Below are positions 29,631 to 41,997 of a DNA stretch of 64,000 nt, one piece after another. Below the pieces are notes generated by a model. It did no database searches. It had not been told where the DNA came from and saw only the letters and a list, made by a program, of their open reading frames with translations. This DNA comes from the human T2T-CHM13v2.0 reference genome, Homo sapiens: NCBI RefSeq assembly GCF_009914755.1, contig NC_060947.1, one strand, 5' to 3'. Both the position numbers and the translations under genes were made by a program. Numbering within the stretch: the first letter of the stretch is position 1; every line of letters starts with the position of its first letter.

Positions 29631-29684
29631 TTAACTCCTTAATTCTGAGGAAGCTTATACAATAGATTTTAAGAACATAACTTT

Positions 29685-30395
29685 TGTTATAGTAGGTAGC
29701 TAGTCAGGCATGAGCAGGGCAGGAGAGGGCTCCCCTCACCCCATCAGGAATGTCAGGCGACCGTCGGGTGATGGTCAGGCAGTTGTTAACTGTCTCTCTA
29801 AGATAATAATTGGACTCAGCCAGAGCCAGGGAAAGGCAGTCTCCCTATAGATAGCAAAAACCTGAAACTGGTGATTAGTAGCTTTCCAATAAGCTCTCAG
29901 GGATTGGGGGAGTGAGATCAAGCATGTGCATTAAGAGGCAAAGTGGCAGAGTTTAACTGGTATATGACCTTCGTCCAGGAATGCTAGATTGGTAAGGGAA
30001 GAAAACCTCAAGTGAGCATGCATAAAATTCCAGTAAACACACTGCGTATGCTCCCCTCCCACATGCTAGCAGGCCATTGTGCATGTAGACAGCACACCCC
30101 AAAGGAAGAATCAGGGAAGAAGGGACACAGATCCTGAAAGTATGCCAGTGTATAAAACCCCATGTCAAAAGGTCAAACCACAAACTTGTCTTTCAAGTTG
30201 CCCTCTTGGCCCTCTTCCAAGTATACTTTACTTTCTTTTCATTCATGCTCTAAAGCTTTTTAATAAACTTTCACTCCTGCTCTAAAACTTGCCTTGGTCT
30301 CTCCTTCTGCCTTATGCCCCTCCATTGAATTCTTTCTTCTGCAGAGGCAAGAATTGAGGTTGCTGCAGACCTGTATGGATTTGCCACAAGTAACA
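29685..30395 (+). mobile_element. ERV1 solo LTR, MER50-like
   Basis: TG...CA termini, 4-bp TSD CTTT, TATAAAA ~30151, AATAAA ~30262; start TGTTATAGTAGGTAGCTAGTCAG. Confidence 0.85.
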
Positions 30396-31751
30396 CTTTT
30401 ATATAATCCAAGACATACAAGTTTTTGATTGTAGCTAAAATGGCACTAAGCAAGGCTAAAAGGGAAAAAAGTAAAGCAAGATGAAAATTTAAAGGAATGT
30501 TTTCTAGAAGAAGGCCTATTGAGAGAAATGTTACCAATGCAGGTCATTTGGTAACACATTTCTGTTTTATGACATTTTCTAAGGTTAGTCAGAAGGAACT
30601 AGTAATTGTAAAAAGAGAAACCAGAACAGTGAACAAGCCAATCTATTCTTACACATCACCAAGTGGTACTGAGGTGCAAAATTCCCATGGGAGGGGCTCA
30701 CCAGTCTGGAATGATTCAAGGAACGCTCTTTTTTGTTTGCCTACACTGGAGTCTCTGTAAATTATGACAGATATCACCACATTTTTTCCCCAATTGTTTG
30801 AGACTTTTTTTTTCCAGATAAAAGAAGGAAAATTCTACATTCATGTTGATAACTTTTTGATCTCTGGGTAATTTCCAATGCATTTTATAAAATAACTTAT
30901 ATAAATGTGGTTGTTACAGAATTTCACCTATTCAGAAGTTTTAAGCATTTTAATTAGACAGTGCTTCGTTGGTATCACTGGATAAGTACTCCAAACTAAG
31001 CATAAATGAGTCAAGCTTTCATGCCTTTCATGAAGATTCAGGCTTACTCTGACACTTACCAGACACAAGATCAATGTCTGGCCATAGTAAGTGCTATGTA
31101 ATCGTTAGCCATTATTATTAGCATTTAGAAGTGCTGTGTTTCTGGTGGGTTACAGATTCATGCTGTGGGCAGAGTTTCCTCAGAATGCTCCTCATATGCA
31201 ACGTTAGCTACAGGCTGCCAGAATTTGTCCTTTAATAGTACTGGTATGACAAACATTTTCAGTTGGTCTTTGGTGTACTTGGATTTCTGGTGCTAGAAAT
31301 GTTTTATTACTTATGGAGGCCCATCGTAGAAGCAACATTTTCCCCCAAAAGAGTTTCAGTTCTGGCTGTCTTAGGATTTAGGCTCATAAGGTATTTGGGC
31401 TGATGTTGGGTGATGTCAGTTCATGTGAAAACTGTGCTTTTGATAGTACAGCCAGTGCATCTTTTTACGAGGGTTGAGGTCAAAGGAACTTCCTCATGGT
31501 AGTTGGAAACTGACTTATTTGTCAATTCTTGCTTTACAATGGGTCTCTAAAAGTTCTCAAAGTAACATATAAACAAATGTAGTACATGTTTCAGTATTTA
31601 TAGCAAACTGTAAGGTAGACTTATGAGCTTCATTAGAATTGATTACAGAAATGCTCATTTTGTATAATGGGTAGTAAGAACAGTGAGCAGTCTAGGGAGC
31701 AACCAGCCTTCTCACACTTTCTGCCTTGAAGTTAGATCCTTTGTATACATC

Positions 31752-31933
<182 letters not shown>

Positions 31934-32054
31934 TGAATTCATGTTTATTACTAAATTTCTAACCACCTTATCAGAAATGGCAACTCCTTCCATAATTTTA
32001 CTTATTTGAACATATATAATCTTTTCACCATCATAGCAGCCATTTCAAATCATC

Positions 32055-32175
32055 TCCTTTTAGAGCTGGTAAAGGCCTTCAGGTTCATTTAGCATAAACT
32101 TGTTATTTCACAGTTGAGGAATCAAAGGTCCAGTGAGGTTAAATGTCTTGCCTAAAAAACTCGGCACATCAGCAT
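32055..32175 (-). mobile_element. MIR3/MIRc
   Basis: ATTTCACAGTTGAGGAATCAAAGGTCCAGTGAGGTTAAATGTCTTGCC. Confidence 0.65.
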
Positions 32176-32374
32176 CTTATTAGTTCTGAACTTTGCATTT
32201 TTGAGTAAGTTATAAGCAATGTGTGGAATACCATCCACTTGTAAAATGAATAAACTTTCCTTAACAATTTTAACTTCCTGGAAAGAATTTTTTCAACAGA
32301 GCAATAAAATGACATCAGTGAAATCAATCGTGTTGTCTTGATAGGTCATAAAACCTTGGGCAGTGACCACTGAG

Positions 32375-33131
32375 TGAGAGACAGGACTAGCTGGATTTCC
32401 TAGGCTGACTAAGAATCACTAAGCCTAGCTGGGAAGGTGACCGCATCCACCTTTAAACACGGGGCTTGCAACTTAGCTCCCACCTGACCAATCAGGTAGG
32501 AAAGAGAGCTCACTAAAATGCTAATTAGGCTAAAACAGGAGGTAAAGAAATAGCCAATCATCTATTGCCTGAGAGCACAGCGGAAGGGACAATGATCAGG
32601 ATATAAACCCAGGCATTGGAGCAGGCAATGGCTACCCTTTTTGGGTCCCCTCCCTTTGTATGGGAGCTCTGTCGTCACTCTATTAAATCTTGCAACTGCA
32701 CTCTCTTCTGATCCGTGTTTGTTACGGCTCGAGCTGAGCTTTCGCTCGCTGTCCACCACTGCTGTTTGCCGCCATTGTAGACCCGCTGCTGACTTCCATC
32801 CCTCAGGATCTGCCAGGGTGTCTGCTGGGCTCCTTATCCAAGGAGGTGCCCATTGCCACTGCTGATTGGGCTAAAGGCTTGCCATTGTTCCTGCACGGCT
32901 AAGTGCCCGGGTTCGTCCTAATCCAGCTGAACACTAGTCACTGGGTTCCACGGTTCTCTTCCGTGACCCACGGCTTCTAACAGAGCTTAACACTCACCAC
33001 ATGGCCCAAGATTCCATTTGTTGGAATCTGTGAGGCCAAGAACCCCAGGTCGAGAACACGAGGCTTGCCACAATCTTGGAAGCGGCCCGCCACCATCTTG
33101 GGAGCTCTGGGAGCAAGGACCCCCGGTAACA
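32375..33131 (+). mobile_element. LTR17 (HERV-W) solo LTR
   Basis: TGAGAGACAGGACTAGCTGGATTTCCTAGGC start, GGTAACA end, 4-bp TSD TGAG (32371-32374 and 33132-33135), CCAAT boxes, GATATAAA and ATTAAA. Confidence 0.95.
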
Positions 33132-33175
33132 TGAGGAAACAAGATAATGCAGTGGGGGGAGAGTGGTGGTGACTA

Positions 33176-33396
33176 AGCTGTGCTGTCCAACACAGCTGCT
33201 ACTAGTTACATGTGGATATCATAATATTTAAGTTAATTAAAAGTAAATAAAACTAAAAATCCATTTCCTCAGTCCTACTAGTCACATTTCATATGTTCAA
33301 TAGCCATGTGCGACTAGTAGCTATGGTATTAGGCAGCATAGAATATTTAGATAAAGTATCTCCATCATCCCAGAAAGTGCTATTGGACGGCATTAG
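33176..33396. mobile_element. MER3 hAT-Charlie MITE
   Basis: GTGCTGTCCAA...CTAGTCACATTTCA...CAATAGCCATGTG...CTATTGGAC. Confidence 0.8.
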
Positions 33397-34262
33397 AAGG
33401 TCTGTTTGAATCTCCACTCAACTGCCAATTTTTTTGGAGGCTTCTAAACTGGGAAGCTTCGTCTTTCTTGAGATAGGTGCCAATCCTGACACCAGGGAGA
33501 TCTCTCAGGGAATGGACAGAGGCTTTCCAGAGTAACAATCTACTCAGCTCCTAAGCTGCACAACAACCCCTGACAAAAGAATTAGACTCAGTAGCTCATG
33601 CTCCTGGCTCATCTCACTCTTGCCTTGTTTTGGGAGTGATGGTGCAGGGGAAAGCATGAAAGAGGGAGGGGCCAGAATTTAGCATATCGCAAATAGTCTG
33701 AACCTTGCTTAACTTTTTACTTGTCTACAGTCTTCTTACCCCCAACTCCCCAATGTCTTCATCTTCACTAGACAGCAGAGACATGGCCTTGATGAAGTCC
33801 AATCACTTTCTGCTTCTTTGGGGCAGGAGGAAGTAATTAGATAGATTCTAGGGAAAGAGATGTGTGAAGACAGGAGCCTCACCAAATTTGCTGAGGTCCT
33901 CAACATGGTCAGCTCAGTCAGCTCCACTGAGGGTACAAAGATGGTAAAAATTACTTTATAGGGGCTCCTTTTCCCGGGGGTCCTTTTTATTTTCAGCTCC
34001 CCTGACCTGAAGGCCTGAGACTGGGCTTGGCTATCTAAGACCCCTCACTATCCACCTTGGCAGTGTATAGGTCCGCAGGAGACAATAGTCCTTCCCTACC
34101 CTGCAATGGAAACGCCATTGTAATTCATAGTAAGGAGTCAATAAAGACTTAACAGGTCTTTCTCCCAGAAGTATTTACATTTCAAAAACTACCTCTGAGC
34201 CTTCCTTGTCTCCCTTGCACCCCTCCTCACCGTTTGCTGCCCAGTAAAATGAGGCATTTGAA

Positions 34263-34593
34263 CAGTCATGTATCAGATGGGGACATGCTCTTGGAAATGC
34301 ATTGTCAGGTGATTTTGTTATTGTGCAAACATCATAGAGTGTACTTATACAAACCTAGATGGTACACCCTACTACACACCTAAGCTGTATGGTATAGCCC
34401 ATTGCTAATAGGCTACAAACCTGTACAACATGTTACTATTTACACCAGCATCACCACAAACACTTGAGTAATGTGTTGCACTGAGATATTACAAAGTCTA
34501 GTATGTCACTTAGGCACTAGGAATTTTCAGCTCCATTATAATCTTATGAGACCAACATCATTGATTGAAACGTTCTTATGCGGTGCATGACGG
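34263..34593. mobile_element. Tigger3a-like TcMar-Tigger element
   Basis: CAGTCATG...CATGACGG TIRs; AACATCATAGAGTGTACTTATACAAACCTAGATGGTA. Confidence 0.8.
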
Positions 34594-35081
34594 TAAATGA
34601 TTTCTAAGTCCACTCCAAGCACTGAAGTTGTCTCACCTGCTGATTCTGAAGAATGCTAATGCCTTAGGTCAAAAAAAAGCTTGCCTGGGCCTGGGAGTTA
34701 TGGTGAGGCAAGAGATACCTTCTGGCAGTGAAAGTGTCTTCTTACCTCCATTCACATTTTTCCTCAAACTACAGTTGTATTTATTCTCTTTTCCTCTATG
34801 TTCATTTATAATCCCACTGATACTACTCTCATAGTTTGGGTTGTTAAAACTGGGATCCTGAAAGCACCTGACAGATTTTGTAAAAGATGGTGTTTGTCTC
34901 TGGGTCCAACACACCCAAAATAAACCATGATTTTCAACAATGTGATTCTTTAGAAACCCTCAGCACAGAGTTCTTTCAGAGCAACACTGAAAACTTAAGT
35001 ATTTCCCCTGGATAACAACAATAGCTGCAATTTATTAAGCAACTCTTATATGACAGGCATGCCTACTTGACTTTTTACAAT

Positions 35082-35595
35082 AAATAGTCCCTCCAACCCT
35101 TATCTGCAGGGGATATGTTACAAGGCCCCCAGTGGATGCTTGAAACTTCAGATAGTACCAAACCCTACATAGACTATGTTTTTTCCTATACATACATACT
35201 TATGATAAAGTTTAACTTAAAAATTAGACACAGTGAGAGATAAACAACAACCAATAATAAAATAGAACAATTATAACAGTATTCCAGCATAACTGCTCTT
35301 GTGCTTTGGTGCCATTATTAAGTAAAATAAAGGATACAAGAACACAAGCGCTTTTATGCCACAACAGTCTGATAACTGAGATGGCTACTAAATCCCTGGA
35401 TGATTCACATCCTGTGCCAGTTGGAGCAGAGCAGCATAAAATTTCATCACACATCACACTACTTAGAATAGCTCACAATGTAAAACTTATACATTGTTTA
35501 CTTCTGGAATTTTCCATTTAATATTTTCATACCATGGTTGACTGTGGGTAATTGAAACCGCAAAAGTGAAACCATGGATAAGGGTGGGACTACTG
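35082..35595 (-). mobile_element. MER44 (Tigger7 derivative)
   Basis: TAGTCCC...CCTTATC and GATAAGGGTGGGACTACTG TIRs; TTCTGGAATTTTCCATTTAATATTTTC. Confidence 0.8.
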
Positions 35596-36748
35596 TATAA
35601 GTGTTATCTAATTTATCCTAATTCGAATGCCATCTCCATTCTACAAATGTCAAATGAGCTCAGAAAGTCCTGATAATTTGCACTGATTCTTATGGCTAAT
35701 ACTTTGGATCCAGGATTAGAATAAGACTTCATCAATTGCTACAGTACATCTATTTAGCACTCTGCCATTAATTTTTAAATTATGTTCCAAGGAATCCTAA
35801 ATGTCCTCTCAAGATATTCAAGGCTGTTAAGAGGATTGAGGGTGGGTGGGGGAAGAGAGGAGGGAGAAAGACCGCAAGGTAGCCTCAGTCCCTGTTCATG
35901 TCTTGTCTGTCGTGCTCACCTGCCAAATTTAAGCCCAGCATACACTCTTTTAGCTATTTTATGTACTGCATTAGGATTCCACATACTATTTCTCAGCTTA
36001 AAAAAAAAAAGGTTCAAAAACCATTGAACATACAGTGTGCTTTCTCCAATGTCCTACTGAAACCATCCCAGCTTTTGTCTATTTATAACTAATTGACATT
36101 TACATATGTTAATTGATCCTACCACTGAAGAATGATTAATAGAAAACAAATCATTGTACATCTTTACCTACATCGTCCTTAGTTACAGACTTGGAAATGC
36201 TCTGGTGGAAATTGATTATTCAGAGGCATGTGAGGCCGATCCATCAGAAAAGGAAAGAAGGTGCCTGGGATATTGCTGCTTGCTTTCTCTCAAAAAATAA
36301 ATTAGGTTTAGACAAGATGATCATTTGATGTGTGATGGCCCTTGGATGAACAAAATATATTCATTTAACTTCCTTCCAAACAGATGATTTTCTCAATCAG
36401 AGGTAACAGGATTGACTTTCAAAGTAGGGCTTGTTCACTCTTTTTCTCATTTATTAACCAACTACAGGATTTATGGCCTCGTAGTTTTTCTATTAGGTAT
36501 AACTGCTTGAAAGCCTAAACGGAGATAAGTTTCAATTTGTTTTTTTACTTCCTACAGTATTCTTTCTAAAAAAGTGAAGATACTCCTCCAAAGATTTCTT
36601 ATTTTGCTTATGGCATTCTTTGAGTTTCACCTGTGTGGGGTGGGGTGGGGCGGTACGCACATGCATATTCACATATAGGCCAAGAGGTGCCTGCGTATAA
36701 TAGGATCTCCGTGTATTTTGGACCAACATTTTGGAACAATGAACATTA

Positions 36749-37290
36749 TGATGGGTTCAGGACATGCTACCCCAAAATGTTACCTTGGCATATCGAATGT
36801 TTAAGCTGAAGAAATTTGAGAAAACCACAGAAGCAGGAAGGTCTCTCTGACCTTCCCCCTTTCTTCCCCCACTGAAGCAAGTCATAAAACCTAGGAAGGA
36901 TTTTCAGACCTTCCCTGAAGCAGGTCATAAGACCCTCAGGTGAGAGGTGCCTTTCCTATACCATGAAGGAAAGGAGCATTCTTATCTCTGAAGACACAGG
37001 AACACAGAGAAGAATCTGAGCAAACATGTCTTGCTTAGTTTACTACCATTAGATCACACCCCTTTTGTGCTCTCACATTTCTTCATGACTCTTCTCTCTT
37101 CATCAAATCTATTATAAAAAAAATTAAAGTTACCTGTTTTTTGCGGTCTTTATTTTCTTATGAAGGCCCCCCTGCTACATAAAACTTATATTAAATATAT
37201 TTGTATGGCTTTTCTCTTGTTAATCTTTTGTTACAGTGGCCTCAGCAACAAACCTAGAGTGGGTAGAGGAATATTTTTCTTCCTCCTACA
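36749..37290 (+). mobile_element. ERV1 solo LTR, MER31-like
   Basis: TGATGGGTTCAGGACATGCTACCCCAAAA start; TTCTTCCTCCTACA end. Confidence 0.8.
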
Positions 37291-37378
37291 AACGTTAGTT
37301 ACTTGGTGCAAGACGAAGCTGCCCTCAGTAACCTACTTGTTCAATCCATTCACCAAACAGCGATCAACAATAATAACC
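37287..37378 (+). repeat. 92-bp segment, copy A of a dispersed direct duplication (copy B at 38420-38512)
   Basis: Direct alignment: 5 substitutions and 1 indel. Confidence 0.95.
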
Positions 37379-38265
37379 AAATATCTTTTATGAGTAGACA
37401 GAGAGGGAAATCGGAGATGTTCAGACAGGAGATAAATGACTGCTTGACAAATAAATTGTAAAGCAGATTCCAGCAAAGACTATAAAATCAGAGTTTTAGA
37501 AATGTAGAGGCCATTTCTTCTTGGAATTCTGTGCTTGTAGCCATAAGATTTGGATCCTACCCTCTAGGACTCTGTGATCCAGAGGGAAGATGAGGCATTT
37601 AGCTCATGATGATGATTGAATGTCTCTGTTTGCCAAAAATGACTCTGATCCTTGTACGGAGGAATAAATCTTTATCTAGAGTAGAAAGTTGCCAAGGGTG
37701 AGAGGCATGCTGTGACATGCTTGGTCAGAAAATGAAGCTGAAAAAATATACTCTGGAAGAGAGGATATAGTTTTATGTTCCTGGGTGAAATGGCATGTCG
37801 TTTATAGTAAAGTGGGTATTTTTTTGGTCATTTCAATAAGTTTTCCAGGGAAAGAGGGAAGGAAATTGATGATGCCCTGGGGAGGTAAGGAAGATTGACT
37901 GGGAAAGGGCATCAACCCCTCCAATGCATGGGAAAATTACAGCAGGGATCTTTCTAAGAGTCAGCCTAGCAATACCACCTGGACCCAAGGAATCTGCAGG
38001 CACAGCACCCAGAAGAGAGTGATACCAAAGAACTGATGGGCCATTAAGATAAGAAAGACGTTATTTCCTGTGAATTGCAATTATGCATATGGTATGTTTT
38101 CTAAGATGTATCAAATCTGACGGCAAATGTGGGGCAGTAGGCCCACTGCTACACTTTCCCATGTGCAGGAGTAGGAGACACTCAATACTAAATGATAAAT
38201 AATACTCCCCCAAAATAACCAGGGAAAGTTCTGTCACTTATCTCTTCAATAGGAGGCTTACTAAG

Positions 38266-38750
38266 TGTTTTAGTCTGTTTTGTGCAGTTATAACGAAATA
38301 TCCAAGACTGAGTTATTTATAAAAAGCAGATTTATTTCTTACACTTCTGGAGGCTGGGAAGTCCAGGGTTGAGAGGCCTGCATCTGACAAGGCTCTTCTT
38401 GTTGTCAAGAAGGGCATGTTACAAATGTTAGTTACTTGGTGCAAGAGGAAGCTGCCCTTGGGTAACCTACTTGTTCAATCCATTCACCAAACAGCAATCA
38501 ACAATAATAACCCACGGCAGAAGGGCAAGAGAAGGTGTGTATGAGAGAGCAAGAGAGAGCTGAACTCACTTTTATAACAACCCACTCTTGTGATAACTAA
38601 CTCAGTCCTGTGATAATGACATTAACCATTCATGAGGGCAGAACCCTAATAACCTAATTACCTCTTATAAGGCCCCACCTGCCAACACTGTTGCATTGGG
38701 GATTAAGTCTCCAACACAAGAACTTTGGGGGACACATTCAAACCATAGCA
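38266..38750 (-). mobile_element. MST-family solo LTR (MSTB2/C-like) carrying a ~105-bp foreign insertion
   Basis: TGTTTTAGTC...AAACCATAGCA; 5-bp TSD CTAAG at 38261-38265 and 38751-38755. Confidence 0.9.
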
Positions 38751-40180
38751 CTAAGCAATTGAAAAAAACAATAGTTACAAATGCCAATGGTTCAGTAACT
38801 TGTTGAAGGTCACACAGCTAGGTGGAGGTGCCACAATTAAATCTACATATTTCTGGATTCAAACCCAACATTCTTTGTACTTTTTCTCACCACCTCTCAA
38901 ACAGGAAGGTAGGAAGATAGAGCAAAGTTTGTGGTGATGGCCAAATTCATAGTAGAAACAAAATTATGTTATGGGATTTCCTTCCTTTTGCTACTACAAG
39001 TGTTTTTTTAATATTCTAAGAAGGCATTCATTCACTTAGCCCAGGGAAGGAAAAATAAGTCCTGTTCTTTGATCTATGAAAAGTATTAATTTATTAAAAA
39101 ATAAGATCAATAAGCACAACTTACAATGAATATTTGACTTTTTAGGTAATTATTATTTGCTTAACCCTGGATACAGAATCAATTTTTCCCCCCAGGGGAA
39201 AGTGGAGAAAACCAAAATTAATTAAGAACCAATAGCAACATAATTTAGTGTGGTTTCTGTTACACTATAAAAGACCCAAATTGCCCACTTTTTAATTTAA
39301 GTGTAGAGAACAGAACATTTTATTCGTAAGAACAAACAATACTAAATAGTTCCTTATGAAGGCTGGACGACTATAAGTTATAGTAGGACGAATATTTGAA
39401 GGGCAGAGCTATCTATGAGACCCTCTATCTGACAAGCTGTCAGTGGGTTATGCTCTACCATTAGCTTTGGATTATTTAGCTGCATGAACTTGGGCAAACT
39501 ATAAAAGTTGGAAACTAAAGAAAACAGAGGCTTTCTACTCTGAGAGCTTCATGTTATAGATGAGGAAATGAAGTCCCACCCATAGTAAACAACCTGCTGA
39601 CTGTCAAATAAATAGTGGAGAACTAATACTGTCCTGTGCCTCACTCACTTAACTTCTTGGTGCCTCCGCTTCCTACTCTGTAAAGAGAATAAATTTAAAT
39701 AGGAAATTCATGATACCATGGAAGAAACACATGACTTGGAGATTGATATCCTGGGTTTGAGAGCCCTTCTCCAGTACCTGTCCATTGACCTCAGGCCAGT
39801 CCTGAGGCCTGAGGTCTTATTAATATCAGATTTCACAATATGATCACCTATTATTAGTCACAATTTCCACAAATTTTACATTTGTAATTAAAAGTTTTGT
39901 TCAAGCTATAACACAGGGTGTTGAGAAAAACTAATAAGGCAAAGAGAAATATTTAGAAAACTGTTAAATGCTTCAGAAGATCAAAGGAATTATGATAATG
40001 GCGATGATGATAATGACGATGATTAATTCTCTCTTACTCTCAAATTCTAGTTGGAAAGAAGAGCTTGCATTTGGAAGAAGTGGAAGAGGTTATATTGATA
40101 GAATGAGGTTCATATCATAGAAACGTGTAAATGATGAGATATGAATTTAGATGGCTTTTTGAAAATAAGCGAGCAATTGG

Positions 40181-40372
40181 CAGGATTGCTAAATAAAATA
40201 CAGAATACTCAGTTAAATTTGAATTTCAGATAAACAAAAGATAATTTATTAGTACAAATATATTCCAAATATTACTTGGAATGTACTTATAGCAATAAAT
40301 TATTTGTTGTTTATCTGAAATTCAAACTTACATGGGTATCTTCTATTTTTATTCACTAAATCTAAAGCCCTA
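40181..40372. mobile_element. MER53 palindromic hAT MITE
   Basis: Long inverted arms TTTGAATTTCAGATAAACAA / TTGTTTATCTGAAATTCAAA. Confidence 0.85.
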
Positions 40373-40384
40373 ATAATTAGATAA

Positions 40385-40709
40385 TATCTTAATGTTGTTA
40401 ATGCTGCTATAACAGAATACCTTAGACTGGGTAATTTATAAACAGCATACATTTATTGCTCACAGTTCTGGAGGCTGGGAAGTCCAAGATCAAGGGACCA
40501 GCAGGTTCAGTGTCTGGTGAGGGTCTTGTTTCTGATTCCAAGATGGCATCTCTTGCTGTGTCTTCACATGGCAAAAGGGGCAAATAGCTGCATTGCACCT
40601 CTTTTATAAGAATGCTAATCCTCTGCCTTTATGATTTAATCATCACCTATCACATTGGTTATTAAGTTTTAATATGTGAATTTGGGGAGGACACAGCCAG
40701 ACCATAGCA
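40385..40709 (-). mobile_element. MaLR LTR (MSTD/MLT1A-like)
   Basis: GCTGCTATAACAGAATACC...GGAGGCTGGGAAGTCCAAGATCAAGG...ACCATAGCA. Confidence 0.8.
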
Positions 40710-41610
40710 GGGGAGTTCTGTGAAGGGTCGCAAGTGATGTTTAAAAGCAATAATTCAGAGCAATTCAGCAGTCACTATTCTAGGAGTATTGGGGTAGGGA
40801 AGGAGTGGAAGTAAGAAAATTGTCCCAGTTTGGGTTCCCCTAAAAGCAGAGCCTAAGAAAGAATTCAAAGGCGGTAATTTATACAAGACATGAGGCCGGG
40901 AAACTTTATAAGCAAAGGAGGAAAGTGAAAGCCATTATAAGGGTGCATTGTGTAGGTCTTTGCTGTAGGCAGTTGGGGCAGGATTCCACTGGTTTTACTA
41001 AAAAAGCCTATACAATGCCTCCTAGGAGGGGGACTAGGGCTTTTGTTCTTCAGCTCCCAGCCTTCCACTGGTTAAGATTTTCATTTGAGAGGTGAAGGGG
41101 ATCGAAATATGCCACTTCCAAGTATGCCACTTTGACATAAGAGTTTTTTTTTTTTTTCTTTAGCTGAAGGCAAATATAAAACAGCAGATTCAGAAAAGCA
41201 CTCTCTACTCCCCCAACCTATGTACCTTAAAGCAGGGAATAAATTTCCCTTCTGAAGGTGTTCCCCCTCCGTTCTCTCCTACCAGGAAGGGCAGAAAGAC
41301 TGTTAATCACCAAGTCAACTCTAGACTCTAACCAACCCAGAAACAACACCAAGAGGAGAGGAATCTGCATAACAAAACTTACTAAACAATTCTTATCTTC
41401 CATTAGTTTCCCCCATATATTTAACTTCCCACAGTTTACCAGGCCTAGATGCATACAATCATTTTCTTTTGTCACTGATTCACAAATTTATTGCCCTTTG
41501 TTAAAATGGTTTAGAATCCCCTGGGTCTGACTGCCTCTTTGTGGTTTTCACTTCCCTTTCTGTGAGACTCCTATGCCATGTAAAAATATTAACATCAAAT
41601 AAAATTTGTG

Positions 41611-41997
41611 GGAGGAAAGTAGATCTTTAGGACTTGAGTGAGGAAAAGTTTGCAAGTCTGGACAGAAGGGAAAAGTGTTCCTGAGAGACTAGCTTTGGGT
41701 AGGGGACGTGGAAGAAAAGAATAGCTTTTTTTAATTTCTTCTACTCTTAAAAAGCTTTTTTCTCTTCATCCAAGCTGACCAGCACAATTGGGATACCCAC
41801 ACTGTCCCTCTCCAGCTCTAGCTCTCTCCTTATAAAGCGTCAAGATTATGTCAATTGGTCAGAGCCAGTCAGGGATTTTGTGTGAGTGCCGAAGGAACTG
41901 CAGGAGCCAGAGAAGAATAAAACTGTGTAGAGTCAGCCTGGCTTCCAGCTTGTTCTAACTGGCCCTGAGTCTTTGGATGCAGCCTGCAGAGGCTGCA
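41611..41997 (+). pseudogene. COL4A5: Retrotransposed copy of COL4A5 exon 1 (5' UTR plus signal-peptide CDS at 41917-41997), inactivated
   Basis: 41917-41997 translates IKLCRVSLASSLF*LALSLWMQPAEAA versus COL4A5 [27 protein letters not shown] as I recall it (20/27 identical, no indels). Upstream CTCTAGCTCTCTCC...CAAGATTATGTCAATTGG..AGAGCCAG matches the recalled COL4A5 5' UTR. Confidence 0.9.

Noticed and set aside
41611-41997. The window being the real COL4A5/COL4A6 locus
   Set aside because: Start codon lost, in-frame stop, CpGs decayed, the segment sits within L1 TSDs, and no COL4A6 or Gly-X-Y exons are visible.
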